From Octopus sinensis (taxonomy: Eukaryota), in contig NC_043003.1 of the NCBI RefSeq assembly GCF_006345805.1, positions 25,110,001 to 25,174,000 on the forward strand: DNA of 64,000 nt, read 5' to 3'. Made by a program: the position numbers and the translations under genes. Below the pieces are notes generated by a model. The model searched no databases, had not been told where the DNA came from, and was given only the letters and a program-made list of their open reading frames with translations. Below are positions 38,505-51,375 of this stretch, piece after piece. The first letter of the stretch is position 1; each line of letters begins with the position of its first letter.

Positions 38505-41302
38505 GTTTCTATTGCTAAACGGGATGCCGGTCTGTCGCAAGATTACTCATTTTTGCCTGCTGTGTTGACTGGAGCAATGTGAAATGAAGTGTTTTGCCCA
38601 AGAACACAACGCATTGCCCAATTCGAGAATCGAAGCCACAATGTTACGATCATGAGTGCAACAGCCTAACCACTAAGTCACGCATCGCCTGATCCGAGAA
38701 TCGAAGCCACAATGTTACGATCATGAGTGCAACACCCTAACCACTAAGTCACGCATCGCCTGATTCGAGAATCGAAGCCACAATGTTACGATCATGAGTG
38801 CAACACCCTAACCAATAAGTCACGCATCGACTGATCCGAGAATCGAAGCCACAATGTTACGATCATGAGTGCAACACCCTAACCAATAAGTCACGCATCG
38901 CCTGATTCGAGAATCGAAGCCACAATGTTACGATCATGAGTGCAACACCCTAACCAATAAGTCACGCATCGCCTGATTCGAGAATCGAAGCCACAATGTT
39001 ACGATCATGAGTGCAACACCCTAACCAATAAGTCACGCATCGCCTGATTCGAGAATCGAAGCCACAATGTTACGATCATGAGTGCAGCACCCTAACCACT
39101 AAGTCACGCATCGCTCAATCCGAGAATCGAAGCCACAATGTTACGATCATGAGTGCAACACCCTAACCACTAAGTCACGCATCGCCCAATCCGAGAATCG
39201 AAGCCACAATGTTACGATCATGAGTGCAACACCCTAACCAATAAGTCACGCAACGCCTGATCCGAGAATCGAAGCCACAATGTTACGATCATGAGTGCAA
39301 CACCCTAACCAATAAGTCACGCATCGCCTGATCCGAGAATCGAAGCCACAATGTTACGATCATGAGTGCAACACCCTAACCAATAAGTCACGCATCGCCT
39401 GATCCGAGAATCGAAGCCACAATGTTACGATCATGAGTGCAACACCCTAACCAATAAGTCACGCATCGCCTGATTCGAGAAACGAAGCCACAATGTTACG
39501 ATCATGAGTGCAACACCCTAACCACTAAGTCACGCATCGCCTGATTCGAGAATCGAAGCCACAATGTTACGATCATGAGTGCAACACCCTAACCAATAAG
39601 TCACGCATCGCCTGATCCGAGAATCGAAGCCACAATGTTACGATCATGAGTGCAACACCCTAACCAATAAGTCACGCATCGCCTGATTCGAGAATCGAAG
39701 CCACAATGTTACGATCATGAGTGCAACACCCTAACCAATAAGTCACGCATCGCCTGATTCGAGAATCGAAGCCACAATGTTACGATCATGAGTGCAACAC
39801 CCTAACCAATAAGTCACGCATCGCCTGATCCGAGAATCGAAGCCACAATGTTACGATCATGAGTGCAGCACCCTAACCACTAAGTCACGCATCGCCCAAT
39901 CCGAGAATCGAAGCCACAATGTTACGATCATGAGTGCAACACCCTAACCAATAAGTCACGCATCGCCTGATTCGAGAATCGAAGCCACAATGTTACGATC
40001 ATGAGTGCAACACCCTAACCAATAAGTCACGCATCGCCTGATCCGAGAATCGAAGCCACAATGTTACGATCATGAGTGCAACACCCTAACCAATAAGTCA
40101 CGCATCGCCTGATTCGAGAATCGAAGCCACAATGTTACGATCATGAGTGCAACAGCCTAACCACTAAGTCACGCATCGCCTGATCCGAGAATCGAAGCCA
40201 CAATGTTACGATCATGAGTGCAACACCCTAACCAATAAGTCACGCATCGCCTGATTCGAGAATCGAAGCCACAATGTTACGATCATGAGTGCAACACCCT
40301 AACCACTAAGTCACGCATCGCCTGATTCGAGAATCGAAGCCACAATGTTACGATCATGAGTGCAACACCCTAACCACTAAGTCACGCATCGTCTGATCCG
40401 AGAATCGAAGCCACAATGTTACGATCATGAGTGCAACACCCTAACCAATAAGTCACGCATCGCCTGATCCGAGAATCGAAGCCACAATGTTACGATCATG
40501 AGTGCAACACCCTAACCAATAAGTCACGCATCGCCTGATCCGAGAATCGAAGCCACAATGTTACGATCATGAGTGCAACACCCTAACCAATAAGTCACGC
40601 ATCGCCTGATCCGAGAATCGAAGCCACAATGTTACGATCATGAGTGCAACATCCTAACCAATAAGTCACGCATCGCCTGATCCGAGAATCGAAGCCACAA
40701 TGTTATGATCATGAGTGCAACACCCTCACCACTAAGTCACGCATCGCCTGATCCGAGAATCGAAGCCACAATGTTATGATCATGAGTGCAACACCCTAAC
40801 CAATAAGTCACGCATCGCCTGATCCGAGAATCGAAGCCACAATGTTACGATCATGAGTGCAACACCCTAACCAATAAGTCACGCATCGCCTGATCCGAGA
40901 ATCGAAGCCACAATGTTATGATCATGAGTGCAACACCCTAACCACTAAGTCACGCATCGCCTGATCCGAGAATCGAAGCACAATGTTATGATCATGAGTG
41001 CAACACCCTAACCATAAGTCACGCATCGCCTGATCCGAGAATCGAAGCCACAATGTTACGATCATGAGTGCAACACCCTAACCAATAAGTCACGCATCGC
41101 CTGATCCGAGAATCGAAGCCACAATGTTACGATCATGAGTGCAACACCCTAACCAATAAGTCACGCATCGCCTGATCCGAGAATCGAAGCCACAATGTTA
41201 CGATCATGAGTGCAGCACCCTAACCACTAAGTCACGCATCGCCCAATCCGAGAATCGAAGCCACAATGTTACGATCATGAGTGCAACGTCACGCGCCTCC
41301 AC
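38505..41302 (-). mobile_element. Single C-type SINE whose tRNA-derived head is tandemly amplified
   Basis: 5' start GTGGAGGCGCGTGAC at 41302; SINE body continues at 38622-38505 after the array. Confidence 0.85.
38623..41287 (-). repeat. 71-bp tandem array, about 37.5 units
   Basis: 38 tcgaagcc anchors from 38630 to 41255 at 71-bp spacing with two 1-bp deletions; minus-strand unit has A box TGACTTA(G/T)TGG and B box GCTTCGATTCT. Confidence 0.97.
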
Positions 41303-41388
41303 ATTATTTAAGATAGTGTTAGCGTTTTTAATTTAGGGAGCATTAAAAAAAATCAGAAATAAATATGCAGAGAAGAAAATACAATATT

Positions 41389-41729
41389 CTTTTCTACTCT
41401 AGGCACAAAGCCTGAAATTTTGGGGGAGGGGCTAGTCGATTACGCAACTGGTACTTAATTTATCGACCCCGAAAGGATGAAAGGTAAAGTCGATCGCAGC
41501 GGAATTTGAACTCAGAAAGTAAAGACAGACGAAATACCTATTTCTTTACTACCCACAAGGGACTAAACACAGAGAAGACAAACAAACGGATTAAGTCGAT
41601 TATATCGACCCCGAAAGGATGAAAGGCAAAGTCGACCTCGGCGGAATTTGAACTCAGAACGTAGCGGCAGACGAAATACCGCAAAGAATTTCGTCCAGCG
41701 TGCTAACGATTCTGCCAGCTCGCCACCCT
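41389..41729 (-). mobile_element. Dimeric SINE family B with a 17-bp TSD
   Basis: Two B modules; gaagaaaatacaa(t/c)att at 41372-41388 and 41730-41746. Confidence 0.88.
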
Positions 41730-41757
41730 GAAGAAAATACAACATTAGTCAATGACT

Positions 41758-41985
41758 AAGGGCGGCGAGGTGGTAGAATCGTTAGCATGCTGGAAAAATG
41801 CTTAGTGACATTTCGTCTATTTTTACGTTGAGTTCAAATGCCGCCAGGGTCGATTTTGCCTTTCATTCTTTCGGGGTCGATAAAATAAGTACCAGTTGAG
41901 TACTGGGTTCGATGTAACCTAATCCTAGCCCTAACCCCCTCCCCTGAAATTGCTGGCCTTGTACCAAAATTTGAAACCGATATTC
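41758..41985 (+). mobile_element. SINE family B
   Basis: agggcggcgaggtggtagaatcgttagc...ttgaaacc; head-to-head with the dimer. Confidence 0.8.
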
Positions 41986-42371
41986 GTCAATGACTAACAT
42001 TATTTTAATTATTTTAGCATGTACGAGGGACCACATCAGATGTTTCGGTTTTATTTCTTTTCATCCGATCTGTAAAACATACCGAAGTAGCGGTAGCAAG
42101 ACCACTATGCATTTCTTTAATATTATACAATGGTTGATGTAGAAAGCTACAATTGTATCGAGGGTGCTTGAAATGTCCTGCGCAGGAACAATATTATTTC
42201 ACTTCAGATTTATATACAGTGCAGATCTATAGCCGACAGTCTCATATCTGATTTCAGATAGCAATTTCTCCTTTTTTCCCCAATGAATTACTGATACTTA
42301 TTGATATTGATTCTTAAAAAGAAAAATTGAACTCGCCACCATGTAAAATCAGTTGAATGAATTATTATTGT

Positions 42372-42654
42372 GATTGTTTGTACCTTCTCGAGCCATGCCT
42401 GGCTCATAAGGGCCGGTTTCCCGGTTTCCTTGGCGTATAGGTTCCCCACCTGGACGAGACGCCAGTCCGTCGCAGGTGAGCTGCAAGATGCAGGAGGAAA
42501 GAGTGAGAGAAAGTTGTGGCGAAAGAGTCAGCAGAAGTTCGCCATTACCTTTTGCCGGAGCCGCGTGTAGCTTAGGTGTCTCGCTCATAAACACACACAT
42601 CGCCCGGTCTGAGATTCGAACCGCTGCTCTAACCACTAGGCCATGTGCCTCCAC
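42372..42654 (-). mobile_element. SINE with family E head and a V-domain-like tail
   Basis: Reverse complement cctgcgacggactggcgtctcgtccagg resembles the V-SINE/Mermaid core as I recall it; tail gaaaccgggaaaccggccc. Confidence 0.75.
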
Positions 42655-42709
42655 ATTATGGTGATTAGTTGCAATAAAATAGCGGGGCGTTCTGGAACAA
42701 CTTCCAATT

Positions 42710-42890
42710 TTTTTTTCTATAGGTACAAGGCTTGAAATTTTAAGGGAGGAGGGTCAGTCAATTACATCGACCCTAGTGCTTATTTTATCGTTCTCAGAAC
42801 AAGGAAAGTAAAGTTCGATGGAATTTGAACTCAGATGCTAAAGCCAGGAGAACTGCTGCTAAGCATATTGTCCGCCGAACTAACGATTTT
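42710..42890 (-). mobile_element. SINE family B, degenerate
   Basis: aaggcttgaaatttt...gatggaatttgaactcaga. Confidence 0.6.
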
Positions 42891-43035
42891 CCCTTGAAAG
42901 TACTGTTGCTACAAAGAAATAAAACAAGAAAGAAAGCCATACAAAGCAGGTTTCATAATTTAATATACACTTGAAAAAATTTTCGGTTAGAATAACATAA
43001 ATGTGTATACAAATGTGAAACGGCACAAGCTGTTG

Positions 43036-43230
43036 TACAGGGTGCGACAATCAAAGCTTCTATATTTTACACGGCCATTGCTGTGGTGATAGGGAAGCCT
43101 GCCAGAAGATCATGTCTTCATGTAGCTAATGTTATAATTTTTTAAAATTTACCATCGTGGTTTGAACCGGTGTACACCGTGAGTTTGCCGTTGAAATGTT
43201 ACTCAATCTAGAAAATGTGGAAGCCGTACC
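43036..43230 (+). mobile_element. Possible Tc1/mariner 5' remnant
   Basis: TACAGGGTG terminus-like start and HREFAVEM..LENVEAV resembling maT/rosa-type transposase N-termini. Confidence 0.35.
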
Positions 43231-43739
43231 ATTTGTTCTCGTAATTTATATCATTCATCTATTTTTAATAGTTTATATAACATCTATTTGATATTTCGGC
43301 ATTAAAATATCCTATTCAAAACTTGAAAAAACATCAAGAAGTAAACAAAACAAAGAAGAATGTTTAGGAGATTGCAGATATTGTTAGGGTGTCACCTTGT
43401 CGCTAAAACTCTCACTTAACCATGTCGTCCCATAAACAGATTTCTTTTCAACGGTTCTCATGGTTGCAAACGACTTTGTCTTTTGCCACAGAGTGACAAT
43501 CTCACCGAACTCTCATCTTACTGTGATGCAGTGGCAGTAATTTTGTTTTCCTTTTCATTATATTCTATCTATTTGCCCAACAATTTGAGGGGTAGAGAGG
43601 GATAAAGATAGAGACAGATAGGTAGAGAAGGAGAGAGAGAGAGGGAAATGGAAGGAAGGGATGGTCACGACTGGCATGCTTTTGATCGTGAGTTTACTCG
43701 ATCAAAGCTAATCTCAAAGACAGCAACCACTACACGTGT

Positions 43740-44191
43740 GGAGGTGCAATGGCCCAGTGGTTAGGGCAGCGGACTCGCGGTCGTAAGAACGTAGTTTCGA
43801 TTCCCAGACCGGGCATTGTGAGTGTTTATTGGGCAAAATCACCTAAGCTCCACTGTACCCCGTTGTACTCTTTCACCATAACTTTCTTTTACTCTTTCTT
43901 CCTACTTCTGCCACAAAGCAGAGGAGCCATGGTGTAATCCACTATGGTGTGGTAAACTTTCAGACCCTAGTCTAGATTGCGAGTCCTCTGTACCCCAGGA
44001 TGGTTCAGCTCTCCACCCGTTAAAAGCCACCGTTTACGGAATGAGGATAACAACGTAGCTTTCGCGCCTGTCTATCGCGTGTGGTGGGTGGGTCTTCAAG
44101 TTGCCACACGCATTCTTAGTAGATTAGAGTAGGCTCGAATTAGAGATTATTCTTTGTGGCTAATGGCGTGAGCCCTGATTAGAATAAGAAG
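43740..44191 (+). mobile_element. SINE with family E head and a third tail type
   Basis: Same sequence and end point as 60351-60827 in inverted orientation. Confidence 0.85.
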
Positions 44192-44499
44192 TCCACTACA
44201 CGTATCAAACAAAAGATCTTTTACGTTGTTGCTAGATCTGCTGGCAATCACAGCCAAAATCACCCACAAATACAATCCCATACCAGTTTTTTTTAAATAG
44301 AATTAAGACGGGAAGACATTGGATAATAAAAACGTAGACACATTGTCTAGCTAAAATAAGACGGGGTGGTCACAACTGGAATGCATTTGATCATAGATTT
44401 ATATCCACATACTATTGTTGTTATTATTGTTATAAACATGGAACCCCTGACACATTGTTGCTCTTGTTGCTCTGTGTAGCCCCAGGTCATACATGATTG

Positions 44500-45090
44500 A
44501 GTAACAGACCAATGATCAAAGGATGTTCTAGTCGTGAACTTCCCGTATTTTTATATATATTTAAAAACTACCATGTTTAACGCATCCTTTTCCATATTCT
44601 AGAGACAGTTGGTTTGTTTGAATTTCGTTATTGTTTCTAGGAGGTCGATCGACAACATAAAGGCTCCCGTTTTGCTTCATCTCTAAGGTCAGCTCTCGTT
44701 GTTAAGAATATGATCAAAGGCATTCCGGCCATGACTGTTTCATCTTTTCTTTCCTATATTTGATAGACTGTAGGGTATGGGCTGAGGGGAACTGGAGTTT
44801 AGCTGTTGTTTCTTGGAAGTCGGGCGACCACATAGTGACTCCCTTTTGCTTCGTCTCTGAGGTCAGCTCTCATTGCTAAGATATATGATCAAAGGCGTTC
44901 CAGCCGTGGCCGTCTCGTCGTTTCTTTCCCATAATTTTTAAGCTTGTATGTAGAGTATGGTTTGAGGGAATTGGAGCTTGGCAGTTGTTTCTAGGAAGTC
45001 AATCGACCAAATGGAGGATTCCTTTTGTCTCGTCTATGAGTTTAGCTCTCATTGCTAAGACGTAGGATCAAAGGCGCTCCAGCCATGACA
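44500..45090. repeat. Diverged tandem of about 180-bp units, 3 to 4 copies
   Basis: gatcaaagg anchors near 44515, 44712, 44888 and 45067 with shared gtcagctctc and ttgtttct.g.a.gtc blocks. Confidence 0.7.
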
Positions 45091-45458
45091 GTATTATGTT
45101 TATTATTTCAGACTATATTATCCAATGTAGCTTTATCTTTCATTTTAAAGATGTTCGAAGATTATATGAAAGAATTAGGATTTGGCTGCTATTTCTCGCA
45201 GATCGAACGACTGAATGCAGGGTCCCTTGCTGGTTCGATTCTGACACGTGTCTGTAATAGGTATGTCGCTGTCATTTGATACTTCCATAAAAGGAGTTCG
45301 ACAATGAATGAAGTATTCGGGAGGGGACGGGGTGGGTTGACGGTAACTACCGGTTCTACGGTGTGGGTGATGGTGAACAATGATAGGTGTGTATGTGCGT
45401 ATGTGTGTGATGTAGCAAGGGTGGAGTCGATTAACTTTACAAAAAATCATATTATTAA

Positions 45459-45555
<97 letters not shown>

Positions 45556-45583
45556 GCTGTCTGTCTGTCTCCTGTCTGCCTGG

Positions 45584-45627
<44 letters not shown>

Positions 45628-45739
45628 GTGTGTATGTATGCATATATGTGTGTGTATGCATGTATCTGCACACAGACACTCACACACATATATATGCATA
45701 TACATATATGCATGTATGCATGTGTGTCTGCTTTTATTA

Positions 45740-46670
45740 TTGTCTTTTAGTAGCAGTAGCAGTGACAGTGGTGGTGGTGGTGGTTAGTGGTAGTGGTGGT
45801 GCGTATATCTGTGTAGTAGTAGTAGTAGTAGCAGTAGTAGTAGTTGTAGTAGTAGTAAAAGCCGTTGTTGTTCAACCTCGTCTCACTCCTCAAATCAGCT
45901 GTGACGGAGCAGATGGGACTTAGCACTCAGCGGCGTTCCAGCCATGATCATCCCGTCTTTAGACGTTTGTGGTGTCGGTAGTGGCAGGGCTGATGGTGGT
46001 CGTAGTGGCTGTGGTAGTGGTGGTAGTGGTGGTGGTGGTAGTACTTAGAGTTGTAGTGTTAGTAGTAATTGTGAAGGTAATAGCAGTAGAGGTGGTGGTG
46101 GTGGTGGCAATGTTGTTGTTGGTGGTGGTGATGGTAATGGTTGTGGTTGTTGTGATGGTTGTGGTTGCTGTTTGATGGTTGTGATGGTTGTGATGGTTTC
46201 ATAGATGATGATAGCGAGGTGGTGGTAATCCTGGTGCTGGTAGTGGTAGCGTGGTGGCAATGGTAGCAAAAGTAGTGTTGTTGTTAGTATTGTTGTTCTT
46301 GGTGGTGTTGATGGTGGTGGTGGTGGTGACGCCGGTGGCACCGATAGTGACGGCAGTGTTTTTGTTTTTGTTGCTTCTGTTGATATTTGCGATGGTATTA
46401 ATGGTAGTGGTATTGTTGTTGCTTGTTGTTGTTGTTGTGTTGTTGTTGTTTGTTCTTGATAGCTGTTGTTGTTGGTAGTGGTAGTTGCAGTGTTGGAGGG
46501 CTGGCAGTGGAGGTGGTGGTGGTTGTATTGTTGCCTAATGTTGTTGTTGTTATTGGTGGTGGTGGTGGCAGCGGCGGTGGCGTCGGCGGTGGCGTCGGCG
46601 GTGGCGCCGGCAGTGTCGTCGGCGGTGGCGTCGGCGGTGGCGTCGGTGGTGGCGTCGGCGGCGGCAACGG
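45740..46670. repeat. (GTG/GTT/TAG)n low-complexity block ending in a 12-bp GGCGGTGGCGTC x8 minisatellite
   Basis: Minisatellite at 46573-46668. Confidence 0.9.
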
Positions 46671-47376
46671 TTCTGGTATCACAGTGTTAAAATAAAAAGA
46701 CGAAAAAAAAACACAAAAAACCCAGAAAATAATGATAGAAAGAGAAAGAGAGAGTGAACTGTGAGTGAGTATTACACAATTGTAACAGTTTAGTGGATCG
46801 ATAGGAAGTGTTCATTCATAAAGATTGGCATATTGGGAATGGAGATAGTGGGAGAGAGAGACAGAGACAAAGAGAGAGAGAGAGGGGAAATAGCAAGGAG
46901 AGAGGGATCCCACTCTCTCCCCCCCTCTCTCTTTATATAAATATACATATATACACACATATATATATAGACTTTGAATGCATGGATGTATAATGAGACC
47001 GAGAGACAGAGTAAAGGAAAGAAGATGGAAAGCAGGAAAGAAAACGAGTTAATGGATCAAAAGTGAAAGTGAAAGTTGAGTGAAGAGGAAAGAAGAAAGT
47101 GTTGAGAGGAATTGAGTAGTAATGTAACAAGAGGTAGATAGATGGAGAGACAGAGAGAGACAGAGAGATACGTAGATGAAGAGACAGAGAGAGTGAGAGG
47201 TGAGAGAATGAAAGAAGAGGGGAGGAGGTGTAGAAAAAACCGGGAAAATAGGAAGAGAGAGTAAGGGATTTAGACGGTGTAATGAGCTGTAAAGAGATAG
47301 AAATCTAATAGGAGATGGCGGGAGAGAAAAGAAAGAGGAGAAAGAGAGGGAGGTAGAGATAGAGATAGATAGATAG

Positions 47377-47420
<44 letters not shown>

Positions 47421-47585
47421 AGGGAGAGAGAGAGAGAGACGGGGAAGGTGAACGGAAAGATTTCGTTACTAGGTCAAAAGAAAGACACGCACAATTATAC
47501 TATAATACAGACACACATACACACACATATACATGCATACACACATTTATATGTATATCTGTGCATTGCAAGTGTTTGTTTATAC

Positions 47586-47623
<38 letters not shown>

Positions 47624-47819
47624 AGAGAAAGAGAGAGAGAAAGAGACAGAGATGAGCAAAGATACACTCATACATACACGCGTTCACACTCGTACGCACA
47701 CATACACATTCTATCCATATTCGTATATTATTCTTTACGTAATCGGTTTGCTGTATTCTGGTATTCCTCGAATTCCTTAATTCCTTTCAGAATTATTTTT
47801 CTTCTTTTTTTTTCTGTTT

Positions 47820-48830
47820 ACTCTTTTCTCTCCCGGTGATTTCTTTCTTCTTCTTCTTCTTCTTCTTCTTCTTCTTCTTTCTTCTTCTTCTTCTTCTTCT
47901 TCTTCTTCTTCTTCTTCTTCTTCTTCTTCTCTGTCTCTCTGTCTCTCTTTCTCTCCTCTCTTTCCCTTCCTTTCTCACATTCCCTCCATCTCTCTTTCCC
48001 TTTCACTCATTCTTCTTCTTCTCCCCCCTCCACTACTTTTTCACTCGTATTACCCCCATCTCCCTCTCCTCTCTCTCTCTCTCTTCCTTTCATTCTTTCT
48101 ATCTCTTTCATCATTCTTCTCTTCTCTTAGTTTTCATGAATTGCCAAGCTAGACATTACCATTTACGGTAGTACTTCAAAAACCACGGAACATCATGGAG
48201 CCGCCCCATTCCTGACGTAAAGAGATAGTTCTAGAATAACATACAAATTGAGACTGCCTTTTCTATGGCTAGAACTCATTTTACAGTTTTCTCTTTCTTC
48301 TTCATCTTCTTTCTTCTTCATTCTTCTTTCTTCTTCTTCTTCTTCTTCTTCTTCTTCTTCTTCTTCTTCTTCTTCTTCTTCTTCTTCTTCTTTCTTAATT
48401 CTTCCTTCTTTCTTAATTCTTCCTTCTTCCTTAATTCTTTTTTTCTTTCTTAATTCTTTGTTGTTGTTGTTGTTGTTCTTCTTCTTCTTTCTTAATTCTT
48501 CCTTCTTCCTTAATTCTTTTTTTTCTTTCTTAATTCTTTGTTGTTGTTCTTCTTAATTCTTTCTTCTTCATTCTTAATTCTTTCTTCTTCCTCTTTCTTA
48601 ATTCTTTCTTCTTCTTCTTCTTCTTCTTCTTCTTCTTCTTTCTTAATTCTTTCTTCTTCTTCTTTCTTAATTCTTTCTTCTTCTTTCTTCTTCTTTTTCT
48701 TAATTCTTCCTTCTTCTTAATTCTTCCTTCTTCTTAATTCTTCCTTCTTCTTAATTCTTTCTTCTTCTTCTTCTTATTCTTCTTTCTTCTTCTTCTTCTT
48801 TCTTCTTCTTCTTCTCCTTCGTTCTTCCTT
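47820..48830. repeat. (TTC)n-derived pyrimidine satellite with a recurring CTTAATT interruption
   Basis: Direct reading. Confidence 0.9.
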
Positions 48831-49639
48831 CTCTTTACGGCGCGCCAAAGAATTTCCATATTTTTCGGTTAGGTGGTTGGTTTGCGAAATCGTTTAATGT
48901 TACGCAGTTGTTGTGATGTTGTTGTCATTGCTGATGTTATTGTTATGTTGTTGGGTTATATTGTTTGTTTCGTGGTGTTGCTAGGCTATGTTTTTTTTTA
49001 TATAATGCAATGTTATTGTGTACTATTGTTGCGCTCATATTTTTGTATTGTATAGTTTATCACATTGTTGTTAGGTTATGAAATGAGTTGTAATACTGAG
49101 TTGTTTTCTTCTTTTTCCATATTCTTGTTATTACTGTTGTTGTCATCGTTGTTCTTGTTGTGTTGCTATGTAGCTGCGTTGCCATGTTGTTGTGTTGTTG
49201 AGTTGTGATGTGAAGTCTTGTTGTGTTTGTATGTCGTTCTTAGGGCTGCTGCTGCTGTTATTGTTGTTGTTGTTGTTGTTCTCGTTGTTGTTGTTTTTGT
49301 TGTTAGATTCGATAAAGGTAGACACGGGCGGTAAAATTTCTTTGAAATGGATAAGAAAAATTGGTGTGTGGCATCCACATAACGGTTCGGAAAGACAGAA
49401 AGGAACGTAGAATTTGTGTTGGTAAATTTTGAAGAGTCAGATAGACAGACACGACATACAGACAGACAGACAGACGGATAGATAGATTGATAGAAAGGCT
49501 GAAAGAAAGGAGAGAAAAAAACTGGAAAGAGAGAGAGAGAGCCAGAGAAGAAAGAGCGAAAGAGAGAAAAAGAAAGCGAGAGGAACAAATAATAGGATGG
49601 TTGTTAGTAAAAATGGTAAACAAACAGGTTGACTGGCGG

Positions 49640-50190
49640 ATATATATGAATGGAAAGAATTGACAGAAGGATGTATGGAAGGATGGACTGCTGGGTGGAT
49701 GGATGGGTGTTTGTACGTACGGATGGATGGAAGGATGGATGGATGGATGGATGGACGCATGGACGGTTGACGAATAGACGGATAAATGGATGGACGCATG
49801 GATGGACGGCTGACGAATACATGGATTGATGGATGGATGGGTGGACGGCTGACGAATGGCTGGCTGGCTGCATGGATTGGATTGCTGGATGGATAGACGT
49901 ATGGACAGATGGATGGACGAATAGCTAAATGTGTGGTTGGCTGGGCTGATGGATAGATTAACTGATGGATTGATGGATCATATAGCTGGATTGATCAATT
50001 ACAGATGGATGGATGGATGAAGAGATGACTGGCTGGCTGGATGGATGGATGGAGGGAGAGAGAGAGAGAGAGATGGACGACTAGACGGCTGGGTGATTGG
50101 AAGATTCGATGAATTAATAGATAGATAAATTAATGGATGAATGGATTGATGGGTGGGTTAATTCATTGATAAATTGGTGATAGACAGACG
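49640..50190. repeat. Degenerate (GGAT)n block
   Basis: Similar blocks at 50835-50945, 51400-51700 and 63775-64000. Confidence 0.85.
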
Positions 50191-50204
50191 TATGTAAGTA
50201 TGTA

Positions 50205-50730
50205 TGTCATTATTCAGTTTATTTCAAGATTTCTTCCCAATAGAGAAAGAATCGGTTTCTAACCTAGATCCAAGGCTCCTTCATTGAAATTTCAACATTT
50301 TTGTATGTATGCTTGCATGTATGTATGTATGTATGTATGTACGTATGTATGTATGTATGTATGTATGTATGTATGTATGTATGTATGTATGTATGTATGT
50401 ATGTATGTATGTATGTATGTGCAGCTTTGTATGTTTTATGTAAGTATTCTCATGCATATATTTGTATAAACTAGACATGCTCATATTATTTAAATGATAA
50501 ACTTCTGGAAAGTTTAACAGATTTTTACAGTTCCAATGATGGATTGCATCCGTAGTCTTCGAATTAGCTTTCTCCTTTCTGGTTTTGAGAAGCCTAATTG
50601 CTCAAGATTGGTACTTAGGCCGTGTGTTACATATCCTAGCCCCCCCCTAATTACAGGTATAAACCTGAACTTGTAATCTGGATAGAGTAACTTCAGATTT
50701 CTCAATAGTTCAGCATAGGTGTTCTTTTTC
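50205..50730 (-). mobile_element. R4/Dong-like RLE family 2, 3' fragment flanked by (TACA)n
   Basis: [28 protein letters not shown]...GTVKIC matches 11041-12430; (ATAC)n at both ends and within the 3' UTR. Confidence 0.8.
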
Positions 50731-50972
50731 GTATGTATGTATGTATGTATGTATGTATGTATGTATGTATGTATGTATGTATGTATGTATGTATGTATGC
50801 ATGTATGTATGTATGCATGCATGCATGCATGTATGTATGTATGGATGGATGGATGGATGGATGGATGGATGGATGGATGGATGGATGGATGGATAGATGG
50901 GTGGATGGGTGAATGGATAGATGGATGAGGGATGGCTAGATTGATGGAGTAGTGGTGAATTATGGCTTAAAT

Positions 50973-51375
50973 CAGTGTTTCGCAATCATTTTTTTCTTAC
51001 CTATGGACCCCTTTGATTCCTGTGTTACTCTACTGGAACCTCACAGTCATTCGATGTTCAAAAAATCCTATTATGATTTTATAATTAAATATTAGGAATT
51101 GTACAAAAAAAGTTGTTGAAATATTTTGTGTATAACTAATTTATTGCAGATAAAGTTTAACAATAAAAGATCACACCCCAAGGGCTATATGGACCCCCAG
51201 GGGCTATATGGACCCCCAGGGGCTATATGGACCCCCAGGGGCTATATGGACTCCTAGGGGCTATATGGACCCCCAGGGGCAATATGGTCCCCCAAGAGCT
51301 ATATGAACCTCCTAATGGTTATATGGACACCCAAGGACCCCCAAGGCCCATATGGAGCTCAGTTGAGAATCACTG
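50973..51375. mobile_element. hAT (Charlie-type) MITE with an internal 19-bp minisatellite
   Basis: TIRs cagtgtttcgcaa / ttgagaatcactg; 8-bp TSD gcttaaat / gtttaaat; about 8 x ggggctatatggaccccca at 51180-51350. Confidence 0.85.

Noticed and set aside
38623-41287. 71-bp array as a CRISPR array, tRNA gene cluster or telomeric repeat
   Set aside because: No unique spacers or cas genes and the context is eukaryotic; units lack acceptor and T stems; CCCTAACC is simply the reverse complement of the A-box flank GGTTAGGG.
46398-46695. Gly-rich and Pro-rich ORFs resembling structural proteins
   Set aside because: Fully explained by triplet and 12-bp repeats; open on both strands, with no flanking exon evidence.
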